DNA of 64,000 bases from a virus. The stretch is from positions 70,552 through 134,551 of the IMG/VR virus record IMGVR_UViG_3300045988_148900. One strand, written 5' to 3'. Numbering within the stretch: position 1 is the first letter of the stretch; each line of letters begins with the position of its first letter. Below are positions 6,625 through 15,991 of this stretch, one piece after another. The notes beneath the pieces were generated by a model. It did not search any database. It worked only from the letters and a program-made list of their open reading frames with translations, and was not told the DNA's origin. The position numbers and the translations under genes are program-made.

Positions 6625-9477
6625 CTACCGCATTGACGCTAAAAAAGACTTGCTAAGACACTCCTCGCACAACGTGAACCCTTTGCCGGAACCCACATCA
6701 AGCACTGCAGGACGGCCACAGCACTTACAAGAATGAAACTCACGAGAACGCAAGGTAGTAACGCAATCAACTGCAGTACCCCTAAAAAGCTTGTTCGGGT
6801 GAACACGCTTCGGACGTAAAACCGCCTGAATGTAATACCACGGATTACAACGCACCGGAATGACTAAGACACCCTTAGATCCTCCGCGACCGTCTGAGAC
6901 GACCAATGGGGCGGAAAGCGGCCCAGACCTCAACATATATGGCTTATACTTGTCTCCCTCCAAATGTAAGGTAGAACCGTCATACTTAGGAAGCACAAAA
7001 GACCAAACGTCCATAGGCAAATCCGACCGGAAAGAAAACAGATTCAAATCATCCAACGAAATTGGAATATCAGAAACATCATCTGAAACCCCAAGAACCT
7101 CAAAGGACACACTACGGGAATTTAACCCCTGAAAGAACTGACTAACAGCCGAAACATCATTATAAGACCGAAACTCCAAGTCCACAAGCTGGCTCCCGCC
7201 AACATCCCAATGACTATCCGGATAACTCTGACCATAAAGAGAATTAACCTGCGACACCCGAATAAAAGAATCACAAAGACCCTGATTACACCTTAAAAGA
7301 CTTGACGCAAAAAGATGCGACGTGGCGCGCGGATTTAGAATTCTGCCATAGGACGTCCTCTTTAATCTGAAACGCAGAATATGGGCCGCCTCTGGCTTCT
7401 TGTGGGCCTTTATATCGTCGGCGGAGATGGTCGAAGGCAAAGAACGACGAGACGCAAGACCCGAACGCCCGCAGGCATGGCAATCTGAAACACGAACACC
7501 CGGAGAACCTGAAAGAAAACCATCAGATCCTAACGAGACATCCGCAAACTGAAAGACCGGATTATTCGAAACCAAAAAAGACGAACAAACACCCCTACAC
7601 GAATCGGTGCGCAAACACCGAGGCATGCTGAAATCCGGAAAACCTGACGACGAAAGACCCTTACGCTCCTGATACCGACGAACGCCATCCAAGCTCGTAT
7701 GAACCCAATGCAACAACGATATGTAACCATTAAATGAACGCTTATCGAAGAAGCCTGACTCATCACTACCAATCATAGTACGAAGAGACTTAAAGAAAGG
7801 CAAGTCGCGTAAAGACCGCAGCTTATACAAGTTCGAACCCGACGCAACCTCCCGATGAAGCAACGGAGTCAGACGACGACCAAAGGACACCAAAGCCTGC
7901 TCAAGCAGCGTGCTATAACGATAACCATTAACCTCAAAGCGAACACCAAGCTCGTCCGTGAACCGAGAATACCACTCAGTCGAAATCCACTGACCGTCGT
8001 CAAAACTAAGACGAGCAGCGCGCTTCTCAATACACTCCAAAGGCGTCAACGGATACTGAACCAAAGGCGTAGCCTTAAACCGTATAGGTAACTTGCCCCC
8101 ACGACTTGCAGCATACGTAAGCCAACGCTTCGTGAAGCCATAAAGCCACTGCCAGTCCGACTCCTCCTCGTAACCCGAAAGAACAAGACCAATCTTAATA
8201 TCCAAGCAACCCCTATGAATCATGAAGCGCATATAAGACTCCAAAGCCTCCTCCGAAAGACCCTTATTATAAAGACTGTTCCATATCCGAGGACTAACAC
8301 CCTCAATAGGAGCCGTGCCGCGACGAAAACCTAAGGCGAAAAGAAGCTCCATAGCATCTTCATCCTTCCCAAGCTCCTCCATGCGCATATTGCTGAACGT
8401 AACCGTAGGAAACACATCCTGAACCTTAGCTACCGTGCCCTTCCAATCCGTCAAATAGTTGAGATTATAGGCGGCGAGCTTAACCGTATCCGACGCACTC
8501 CGAAGCTTAGCAACACGCGCCATAGAAACAATGGTATCCTGAGACTCCTCCTGTAAGCCACCCGCAAGATGACCCTCAGCACAGAAAGAACAGTTGCCCG
8601 CAAAACCACAACCCTCGGCGGCCGAAACCATAGCCAAATTGGTATTACCACCATTGCCGCGAATATAACCCGCAGCAGCCCCAAGCAAACCCTCAGGCTT
8701 GGACGAACCCAGACAGAAAGTAGCATGATCTGGAGCATCTGCACGAACACGACATGTAGACACAATCCTATTACCGCACCACTCAAAAGAATAAGACTGC
8801 GGCTGGTAAAAACAAAAAGAACCTTGACTATACCATAAGTAATTCAAATATTGATCCACCGTAGTAGTAGACCGTGGAAAAGAACCCATAGCGTCAAAAA
8901 GAAGCTTCTCGTCCCACGTCTGACCCAAATACATGAAGTCTAAGTAACTATAACGACCGTCACCAAGAGACCCAAACAAAACATCAGCATAAACAACAGA
9001 CGCACCTCCCGCATAAATAAGAGGAACATCGGTACGACCATTCCGCTCCGTGTACGACAACGGAATAGGCTTATCGCACCTGCTGAACGTAGCAAGCATC
9101 CACGGAACAACCGGAATCTCATAAAGACACGAAATACTAAAACCAACAATGTCAAAATGAGACGGATCGAGATGAGACGAAATACCAATAGCATAAGGAA
9201 CCTGCTCCTTATCATACCAGCGTATATCATCCCTATGCGGTAGAAACGCAAAGTCTATAAATACGCCCGGACAGCAAGTCTTAACCCAGTCGAGCAAGAC
9301 CGTAGGAGTCATCGAATGAGTCTTATCAAAAGACGACGACGGAAAGACTATAAGCAACTTCAGATTAGAAGCAGCATAAGCGTCCATAGACATCAGACCT
9401 GCATCCGGGTTGTAAAACTCACACCCGTCATGCAAGACTGACTTGTAACTCTCTATAAACCGCTCGCTACGTGTCAC
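6625..9477 (-). CDS. large B12-binding-domain/radical-SAM-like protein with C-terminal zinc ribbon
   Basis: N-terminal layout LLIVFPSS..DIVGFSISCLYE..PLIYAGGASV typical of B12-binding radical SAM enzymes; Cys cluster AEGCGFAGNCSFCAEG (8581-8610); C-terminal CKCCG..CEEC; GTG start overlaps upstream TGA. Confidence 0.45.
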   Translation of the reverse strand: MTRSERFIESYKSVLHDGCEFYNPDAGLMSMDAYAASNLKLLIVFPSSSFDKTHSMTPTVLLDWVKTCCPGVFIDFAFLPHRDDIRWYDKEQVPYAIGISSHLDPSHFDIVGFSISCLYEIPVVPWMLATFSRCDKPIPLSYTERNGRTDVPLIYAGGASVVYADVLFGSLGDGRYSYLDFMYLGQTWDEKLLFDAMGSFPRSTTTVDQYLNYLWYSQGSFCFYQPQSYSFEWCGNRIVSTCRVRADAPDHATFCLGSSKPEGLLGAAAGYIRGNGGNTNLAMVSAAEGCGFAGNCSFCAEGHLAGGLQEESQDTIVSMARVAKLRSASDTVKLAAYNLNYLTDWKGTVAKVQDVFPTVTFSNMRMEELGKDEDAMELLFALGFRRGTAPIEGVSPRIWNSLYNKGLSEEALESYMRFMIHRGCLDIKIGLVLSGYEEESDWQWLYGFTKRWLTYAASRGGKLPIRFKATPLVQYPLTPLECIEKRAARLSFDDGQWISTEWYSRFTDELGVRFEVNGYRYSTLLEQALVSFGRRLTPLLHREVASGSNLYKLRSLRDLPFFKSLRTMIGSDESGFFDKRSFNGYISLLHWVHTSLDGVRRYQERKGLSSSGFPDFSMPRCLRTDSCRGVCSSFLVSNNPVFQFADVSLGSDGFLSGSPGVRVSDCHACGRSGLASRRSLPSTISADDIKAHKKPEAAHILRFRLKRTSYGRILNPRATSHLFASSLLRCNQGLCDSFIRVSQVNSLYGQSYPDSHWDVGGSQLVDLEFRSYNDVSAVSQFFQGLNSRSVSFEVLGVSDDVSDIPISLDDLNLFSFRSDLPMDVWSFVLPKYDGSTLHLEGDKYKPYMLRSGPLSAPLVVSDGRGGSKGVLVIPVRCNPWYYIQAVLRPKRVHPNKLFRGTAVDCVTTLRSREFHSCKCCGRPAVLDVGSGKGFTLCEECLSKSFLASMR

Positions 9478-9851
9478 CGCTTATTGAAGTGATAAGATAA
9501 ACCATAGAGCCCATTACATGGACTATCATCCAAAGTGTAGCCATAATCCCACATGGTGTTAATCTGAGCCTGCGTAGGATAACCAACACACATAGGATGA
9601 CGATAAGAGGCATCAACCTGAACAGAAATATAACCTCGCTGAGTCATGTAATCATCCGGATGAGGAACAAAGGGAAAACGCTGCTGAGCAATGCATCTAT
9701 GAAGAGACATTATGCTAACCGCTATGAGCTCCGAGGTATCACCATCCTCCGGCCTGTAGTACAGCACATTGCCATCCGGAGCAACCCAAAACTCGTTACG
9801 AATCCGACGCTCCGCCTCTAATAACCACTCGTCCTCAACACCCGTACCCAT
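9474..9851 (-). CDS. hypothetical protein
   Basis: 125-codon ATG ORF. Confidence 0.5.
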   Translation of the reverse strand: MGTGVEDEWLLEAERRIRNEFWVAPDGNVLYYRPEDGDTSELIAVSIMSLHRCIAQQRFPFVPHPDDYMTQRGYISVQVDASYRHPMCVGYPTQAQINTMWDYGYTLDDSPCNGLYGLSYHFNKR

Positions 9852-9869
9852 CTCCTAAGCTTAAAAAAA

Positions 9870-10382
9870 CTACATATCCGACAAGTCGTAATCGCACGGC
9901 ACGTAACCCCGAGACTCCAAAGCTGCGGCCATACGCGCCGCGCGCTCCATAGGCCAGTCATAACCCACAGTCTTCGGCAGAAGAAGCCACGCGGAAGACA
10001 ACAACGTGTAAACCTCAGACTCGAAATCCACAGAACCGTCCGTCGGCCGAGAAAGCATGTACATGTAATGACCATCGGCGGACTTCCCAACCGACCGTCC
10101 GTAAGCATAAACGTTAACTACAAGACAATTTACATCGCCGAGACCATGCAACGTAGCATCTGAACTCTGAGGACTCCGACGAACCAAAACCCTGAGCTCG
10201 CAACCATCCTGATATTCATCGTACTGACGCTCATCAAGATATCGATAAGCGTCTCTACGAATGCAATAAGGGTCATCGAAGGCAAGAACGCCGCAGATGC
10301 TACTGTCATCATCCGCACGGCTAATAGTCATGTTAGGACATACAGAAAGCCGCGCCAAACACATTCCAAAATCGTTTTTCAT
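9870..10382 (-). CDS. hypothetical protein
   Basis: 170-codon ATG ORF. Confidence 0.5.
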   Translation of the reverse strand: MKNDFGMCLARLSVCPNMTISRADDDSSICGVLAFDDPYCIRRDAYRYLDERQYDEYQDGCELRVLVRRSPQSSDATLHGLGDVNCLVVNVYAYGRSVGKSADGHYMYMLSRPTDGSVDFESEVYTLLSSAWLLLPKTVGYDWPMERAARMAAALESRGYVPCDYDLSDM

Positions 10383-10395
10383 AGCACATTAAAAT

Positions 10396-10408
10396 GGTAT
10401 ATAATCTC
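10396..10408 (-). promoter_or_regulatory. degenerate promoter word (AGATTATATACC)
   Basis: 13 nt above ATG 10382; partial match only. Confidence 0.2.
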
Positions 10409-10431
10409 CAAAACTAAAATAGCTTCAACAA

Positions 10432-10821
10432 TCAACAACACATGGCTCGACGTAAGCTCGAACGTAAGATATCGCAGCGAAGATCGTAATTCGGACACCA
10501 GCGATCACTGACTGCATCGAGTGTCATCAAGCGGTTACGCGGAACCCCCTTAGGACTACGTGACAAGTAACGTACTGAGCAATAAACATAGCACACAGAG
10601 TAACCAAAGCGTACACGATAGATGCTACCACGAAGGCAATCCCTATCGGGCTGCTTATCATAACCATGCAAACCGCAAACGCACTTCACGGTAGCAGCAA
10701 CCCCATGACCCGGAAAGCCTGCGGATATACATGTGGAGATAACAGAGCGGAGGATAGACTTCTCACTCTTAAACTCACTCCCTAACAAAGCAGGCGATAA
10801 AACTCTCGACAAAGATTCCAT
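10432..10821 (-). CDS. hypothetical Cys-rich protein
   Basis: 129-codon ATG ORF preceded by a host-type promoter. Confidence 0.5.
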   Translation of the reverse strand: MESLSRVLSPALLGSEFKSEKSILRSVISTCISAGFPGHGVAATVKCVCGLHGYDKQPDRDCLRGSIYRVRFGYSVCYVYCSVRYLSRSPKGVPRNRLMTLDAVSDRWCPNYDLRCDILRSSLRRAMCC

Positions 10822-10840
10822 CTCGTAGCTAATTATACCA

Positions 10841-10872
10841 CAAAGATAAAAACGTTAAATTAATAAAACAAA
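10841..10872 (-). promoter_or_regulatory. Bacteroidota-type promoter TTTG-N20-TATCTTTG
   Basis: -33 TTTG (10869-10872) and -7 TAnnTTTG (10841-10848), 19 nt above ATG 10821, just after a terminator. Confidence 0.45.
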
Positions 10873-10901
10873 TAAAAACCATGGAAAATTGCTTCTATCG
10901 C

Positions 10902-10935
10902 AAAAAAAGATGGATGGAGACATACGACTCCATCC
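10902..10935 (-). terminator. rho-independent terminator
   Basis: GGATGGAG-N8-CTCCATCC followed by ATCTTTTTTTG on the minus strand, after gene 10991..13312. Confidence 0.7.
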
Positions 10936-10990
10936 ACCATCGACTACATTTGCAAAGCTCCTAAAAGGAAGCTACTACCATAAACGTAAA

Positions 10991-13312
10991 CTAATCCTTC
11001 TTAGGCTCGTAAGACTCCGGAGAAACATCAATACTCGGATAAGCTGCCTTAGCGGCATTAACGATCTTCTTAACAAGACCCGCAACATCAAGGTCGCCGG
11101 AATACCAAGTAGGTTTCTCCGTCATCTTATTCGCGTAAGCAATAGCCGCACGGGCGCGGGCAAGACTGTTCAGAGGATAGTGACACTTGCCGTCATTCAC
11201 ATCCGGAGAATCCTTCGGGAAAACACAATCCGTCCGAGGAGCATCGGCAGAATCATTAACTGCAACCACATTAAACCCGTCGAAGTAAGAATTCAGAATG
11301 CGAACTGCGGCAGCAATAGTATCTGAAGCGTCGCCTCCAAAAGCCTCAAAATCGCCAAGCAAGTCCTTAAGTTCCGAAAGACCCGGCGTGGGAACTTTCC
11401 ACGAAGCTACAGTAGCATCACCATCAAAAACCGAGATATGAGCCACATTAAGTTTACCATTCAAGGCAGACCGCAAACCCAAATTGGTGCTCTCAAAGTC
11501 AAATTTGACACCGCCAGACTCTACGGGAATAAACACCTCGATAGAACCATCCCCAGCCTGATCGAAGGTATAACCTTCTCCGTGGAGAAGCAAAAGCAAA
11601 TCTGTCATATCAATACCCGGATCATCTGACGAGTCTACAACCCACTTCATCGAAGAAGCATAGTAAGGATCATCTTTATGCTCCTCGACAAAAGACTTAG
11701 CCTGTGCCAGATTGTGGTCGTAATCCTCCTTGATCAACTCGGAAATTGAATGATTCTTACCATTGGGCGAAAAATACTCAATCCCATACAGATCACGACC
11801 CTTCTCATCCTGCTTGCCAAGACTACCCAAATAACCAATGGTCTGACCAAGAGACATCAAATCCACACCATCCCAGTTAATCGTATCGGATGTCTTCGCC
11901 CAATCGGCATCCTGATAAGGATTCACAACACCCGGACGAACAAACTCCGGTGTAAGACCCGACTCCGAAACATAAACACTATCCGAAACCTTCGCCGAAT
12001 CCGACACGCCAATATTAGCCTTCTTTACACTCTGAACAACATCGATAAAGTCATAGGCATCATCTGCTGCCTGCACAAACCAAAGAAGTGCCAAAAGAGA
12101 CTCAACCTTCTTGTAAAAGTCAAAAGGTACGACAGTTTCATAAGGATCAGAATCTGCATCTGACGGATTCTCGTAAGAGTAGAATACAATCTTATCCGGA
12201 TACAACGAAATATGACCCTCATTGCCGTCGCCAAGCTTGTAGTAACCGGAAACAAGGTCCTTGGTATCATCCTCGACTGTAAAAGCACTATCCTCATGAA
12301 GACGCTTAGAAACTGTATCGAACCACAACGAACGATCGATATCTCCTGATACTGAAATCTTAGTATCTCCGTCGGAAACAGCAGAGACACCAACCCGTTG
12401 GCCCTGATACCACCGAGTAGGGGTCGAGTCTTCAACCTTCCCAAGCGACGCCAAATCACCATACACATGTGACGCCTTAGCGTCAATGCCGTAATCGAAA
12501 CCACGACGCTTGCCATCCGACGTCCGAGCCTCAACCGTAATCTTAGGCTCCTTGTCCTTACTGTAAGCCTTAACACTCACAATAGCACCTCCGAGGTCCT
12601 TCAAATCCAAAGTAATACCCTTAATCTCTGCGGGCTTACCGGAAACCTTGAAGTTCTCCTTCACAAGCTTCAAAGCACCCGAAATCTTAGAAAGATCAGA
12701 AGCCTTCGAATCCGAAACCTTAGCGCGCTGAACAGGCTTGCCTACACGCTGACCTCCGTCCACCTTCGAAATATAATCCCGACCCCGAGTGACTCCAGAA
12801 CCCGAAGGACGAGCATGATTGACAGGACGACCCAAACGCTCTCCAGACATATAACGAACAGGAGAACCACCATTCCGATTCTTGGCGTCCACATACACCG
12901 CATCAGACACCTTCAAGTCCTCCAGCTTATCTACATCCTCCCCGGCATGCTTCTGTAAGACGTCAATAAACCGACGGAACTTATTGAGCTTCTCGCCAGC
13001 CTCCTTGCCAGAAATACCCAAGAAACGAGCCAAGTCTCCCATCTCTGACTCTGACAAATTACGCTTACTCGAACCCTCAACTACCACGGACTCCCCGTCC
13101 AAGTACACATCCACATAGACAAAAGGAGCATCCGGCTTCTCGCCCGTGTAAATACGATACCCATCACGACGAGGCATAACCGTAACAAAAGACTCAAGAC
13201 CCGCCTTACGCAAAGCACCCTCAAGGTACTCCTTAAGACGCTCGTTGGAGTCACAAACACGAGAATAGCTGTCACATACAACCTCCTCGAAAAAACCACC
13301 CTGTTTACCCAT
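10991..13312 (-). CDS. hypothetical large protein
   Basis: Long ORF; ATG at 13312 preferred over the TTG at 13339, which lies in AT-rich intergenic sequence; terminator follows. Confidence 0.6.
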   Translation of the reverse strand: MGKQGGFFEEVVCDSYSRVCDSNERLKEYLEGALRKAGLESFVTVMPRRDGYRIYTGEKPDAPFVYVDVYLDGESVVVEGSSKRNLSESEMGDLARFLGISGKEAGEKLNKFRRFIDVLQKHAGEDVDKLEDLKVSDAVYVDAKNRNGGSPVRYMSGERLGRPVNHARPSGSGVTRGRDYISKVDGGQRVGKPVQRAKVSDSKASDLSKISGALKLVKENFKVSGKPAEIKGITLDLKDLGGAIVSVKAYSKDKEPKITVEARTSDGKRRGFDYGIDAKASHVYGDLASLGKVEDSTPTRWYQGQRVGVSAVSDGDTKISVSGDIDRSLWFDTVSKRLHEDSAFTVEDDTKDLVSGYYKLGDGNEGHISLYPDKIVFYSYENPSDADSDPYETVVPFDFYKKVESLLALLWFVQAADDAYDFIDVVQSVKKANIGVSDSAKVSDSVYVSESGLTPEFVRPGVVNPYQDADWAKTSDTINWDGVDLMSLGQTIGYLGSLGKQDEKGRDLYGIEYFSPNGKNHSISELIKEDYDHNLAQAKSFVEEHKDDPYYASSMKWVVDSSDDPGIDMTDLLLLLHGEGYTFDQAGDGSIEVFIPVESGGVKFDFESTNLGLRSALNGKLNVAHISVFDGDATVASWKVPTPGLSELKDLLGDFEAFGGDASDTIAAAVRILNSYFDGFNVVAVNDSADAPRTDCVFPKDSPDVNDGKCHYPLNSLARARAAIAYANKMTEKPTWYSGDLDVAGLVKKIVNAAKAAYPSIDVSPESYEPKKD

Positions 13313-13342
13313 AACAGCTGAAATATAGAAATAAAACAATAA

Positions 13343-13504
13343 CTACTTCTGACGACCGGAACTACGACGATTCGCAGGGTAACGACCCGGAACACTCGAA
13401 CCAATATCCGACATCCGAGTAACACCGTCGGAACAATCCTGCGCCTTCATAGGATAATCCCCATACTGATCGATGTAGATAGCCTCGTAACGGGAATTGT
13501 CATC
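13343..13504 (-). other. 53-codon open extension in frame after the TAG of 13505..14368 (possible readthrough tail or decayed module)
   Basis: Translates DDNSRYEAIYIDQYGDYPMKAQD.., matching the internal linker EYYEDAYMEKYGDYPDSD of the upstream protein. Confidence 0.35.
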
Positions 13505-14368
13505 CTAGAGAAAACCCTCCTGAAACAAAGACAAGGCGACATCATCATAGTTTATTTTTTGATCTGCAGACTCTACGGCCGAAAATAACAACGTAGGCTT
13601 GCCGGACGCTGCATCTACTGCTACTACATGAACAAAACCTGCGTCTGCGTAAATGTCGCCCGAACGAGGTGTATCTCCCGTCACAAACTTAGGAACCCCG
13701 GCATTATCTACACGAATAAGTCCATTCGTATACCCATCGCCAAGAGGAGCTACAACAAAATAAGCCTTATCGCCATAAACACCATCAAGCATAGGATCGC
13801 CGAACTCCTTACGAAGATCGCGCGCAGCACCCTCCAAGAAGTCATTGGCAAAATCCTGACCAACGCTATCTGAAACACCATACTTGCGCGACGCGTCCCC
13901 CTCAAACTCAGCGTAACTATAGGCTACATCGGAATCCGGATAATCCCCATACTTCTCCATGTAAGCATCCTCGTAGTACTCCGAGTCCTCCGGAAGAGCA
14001 TCCTCGTCCAAAAGAATCTCCGCAACACTGGCATTATCCTCATGGCTGAAGTAAACCTCGTCAAGAACTTCGACGGCACCCGACTTACCGTAAACCTTCA
14101 CCAAATAAACACTCCCCGGAATAACCGTAACATCTGCATCCGTAGACGCAGGACAAAAAGTACTATACGGCTTACCATTACCGTCCACACGAACCACAGC
14201 CTCAGAGACCCCAGAAGTGTGAGGAACACCCAAAAAGTAAAAGGTATCACCGTACTTGTTTTTATACGGGAACCCAAACTCCTGCATGAGGCGATCGGCC
14301 TCCGACAAGACATCAGCCTCCGACAGCTGAATATCGCTCAACGACATATCCTCTACAAACGAACTCAT
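13505..14368 (-). CDS. hypothetical protein with two tandem homologous domains
   Basis: Two similar halves (FGFPYKNKYGDTFYF..VRVDGNGKP / FGDPMLDGVYGDKAYF..IRVDNAGVP); host-type promoter upstream. Confidence 0.6.
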   Translation of the reverse strand: MSSFVEDMSLSDIQLSEADVLSEADRLMQEFGFPYKNKYGDTFYFLGVPHTSGVSEAVVRVDGNGKPYSTFCPASTDADVTVIPGSVYLVKVYGKSGAVEVLDEVYFSHEDNASVAEILLDEDALPEDSEYYEDAYMEKYGDYPDSDVAYSYAEFEGDASRKYGVSDSVGQDFANDFLEGAARDLRKEFGDPMLDGVYGDKAYFVVAPLGDGYTNGLIRVDNAGVPKFVTGDTPRSGDIYADAGFVHVVAVDAASGKPTLLFSAVESADQKINYDDVALSLFQEGFL

Positions 14369-14396
14369 AACTATACAAATTTTTGTTTTGACAAAG

Positions 14397-14428
14397 CAAA
14401 GTTAATTAAAATAGTGCAAACGTCCAAA
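14397..14428 (-). promoter_or_regulatory. Bacteroidota-type promoter TTTG-N20-TAACTTTG
   Basis: Consensus spacing; -7 box 28 nt above ATG 14368. Confidence 0.4.
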
Positions 14429-15241
14429 TCATCGCTGCTCCTTAGGCATCCGGGCCAGCTTAACATCATTCTTAAAAGGATTCAAGACGGACAACGTGAA
14501 CTTGGAGCCACTCTTACCTGCAGACCCGGAAACATTCAAAAGAAAACCATGATCCATATCATGCGACGGAACATAGGTCATCTGAAGCTCATAATCACCC
14601 GACACCGGATTGGCCGAAACATACTTGAGAAAATCCTTGCCCTTAAAGCTGTCCGTAAGAGGCTTGTTGACAACCCGAGACTGAAGATCCTCCAAGGCCG
14701 CCTTATCCTCCGCGGAAAGACGCCCATCCTCCTGACGCGACGAAGCCTTACCCAACGCCTCTATGAATGACTTGTAAGCCGACCAATCCAAAGCAAGAAT
14801 AATAGGCATCGAAAAAGTCATAGACGACAAAGACGCATCGGTGACTCCTGACGCACCCAAAAGATAAAAACCCTCCGGAAGCTTACAAGACCCATAACCA
14901 ATCATGGTCGTCTTCGTAGCATCTAAAGCACTCTTAGCGTCCGCCTCCTTAAGCAAAGAATCGATAGCCTTCTTCTGCTTCTCGTCCCAATCCCTGTCAG
15001 CCTCAAGCTCCTTACGGATGGACTCCCAGATGCCCCAAATACCTAAACCCCCAAGAAGACTCTTGCCAACAGCTCGACGAAAATCCTTAAACTCACTCTT
15101 CAAGGCCCGACCAATAGCACTACCCTTTGGCTTATCACCCGACGCATCTACAACAGAAAGGCTGTCCAAAATGCGAACCGCATCCTCGACAGACAAATCC
15201 GAGTCAAAACCCGAAACACACTCATAGAAATTATCTCCCAT
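14429..15241 (-). CDS. hypothetical protein
   Basis: 270-codon ATG ORF. Confidence 0.55.
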   Translation of the reverse strand: MGDNFYECVSGFDSDLSVEDAVRILDSLSVVDASGDKPKGSAIGRALKSEFKDFRRAVGKSLLGGLGIWGIWESIRKELEADRDWDEKQKKAIDSLLKEADAKSALDATKTTMIGYGSCKLPEGFYLLGASGVTDASLSSMTFSMPIILALDWSAYKSFIEALGKASSRQEDGRLSAEDKAALEDLQSRVVNKPLTDSFKGKDFLKYVSANPVSGDYELQMTYVPSHDMDHGFLLNVSGSAGKSGSKFTLSVLNPFKNDVKLARMPKEQR

Positions 15242-15246
15242 ACAAA

Positions 15247-15864
15247 CTACCTCCTACGAGACTGACGCAACTTTCTATAAAACGGCATGACATCATAGTA
15301 ACGAAGACGATCAGACCCTAACTTATCAAAAGCAAGATCCAAAGCAGAAGACCATAAAGACTGAGACATCTCCGGATAGGGAATCTTGCTAAGCTCCGAA
15401 CGAGTCTGATAAACCATCCAACGCCTCTTCGCATCCGGAGAAACGCCCGACGAAACACTACGAGAAGGTGACGACGGACGAGAAGACGACAAGGACTCAG
15501 CAAAACTGCCAAAGTCGCCAACACGCGGCGAAACAACAGGATCAAAATCTATATCCGTGCCATCCTTCGGGAAAGAATGATAACCATCACTCCCATCCTC
15601 CGGAAACAAATCCTCAACAAGCCAAGCGGTATCCGTCTCTCCGCGAAAACGGTAAGTGACACCATCAATCTCAACCAAAGAACCTACAGAACCACTCGAC
15701 GCATCCAAAACCTCATCCGACGTCAAAAGTGCAAAAGCCGACGAGTCCGAAACACGGCAGAGACTATAAACAACGCCACCACGAACACCATCCGAACGCA
15801 ACGACGAAAGACCCCGACGACGACACTCCGACGCACTCAATCCCGAAAGAAGCTCTATGACCAT
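15247..15864 (-). CDS. hypothetical protein
   Basis: 205-codon ATG ORF exactly 20 nt downstream of the conserved promoter word. Confidence 0.55.
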   Translation of the reverse strand: MVIELLSGLSASECRRRGLSSLRSDGVRGGVVYSLCRVSDSSAFALLTSDEVLDASSGSVGSLVEIDGVTYRFRGETDTAWLVEDLFPEDGSDGYHSFPKDGTDIDFDPVVSPRVGDFGSFAESLSSSRPSSPSRSVSSGVSPDAKRRWMVYQTRSELSKIPYPEMSQSLWSSALDLAFDKLGSDRLRYYDVMPFYRKLRQSRRR

Positions 15865-15884
15865 GAAGCTACGTTAAATTTAAC

Positions 15885-15897
15885 GGATATATAATTG
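15885..15897 (-). promoter_or_regulatory. phage-specific promoter word, extended CAATTATATATCCGTTAAAT
   Basis: Exact; 20 nt above ATG 15864; terminator-like hairpin immediately upstream. Confidence 0.55.
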
Positions 15898-15911
15898 CTT
15901 ATGCCGCAGAC

Positions 15912-15943
15912 GAAAAAACTGCCGAAATGGAGAAGATCTCGGC
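15912..15943 (-). terminator. rho-independent terminator
   Basis: GCCGAGA..TTTCGGC stem then AGTTTTTT. Confidence 0.45.
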
Positions 15944-15991
15944 GGAAACAAAAACATAAAAACAAAAAAAAGAAGCCTAAAGGCGCATAAC

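Noticed and set aside
8451-9251. Alternate-frame minus-strand ORFs inside the radical-SAM-like gene (8451..8786, 8940..9251), and similar ones elsewhere (for example 12025..12576, 24108..24320, 26446..26955, 28296..28649)
   Set aside because: They are nested in longer ORFs with recognisable motifs. Their L/R/V/F/C-rich translations are what a G+T-rich strand gives in any frame.
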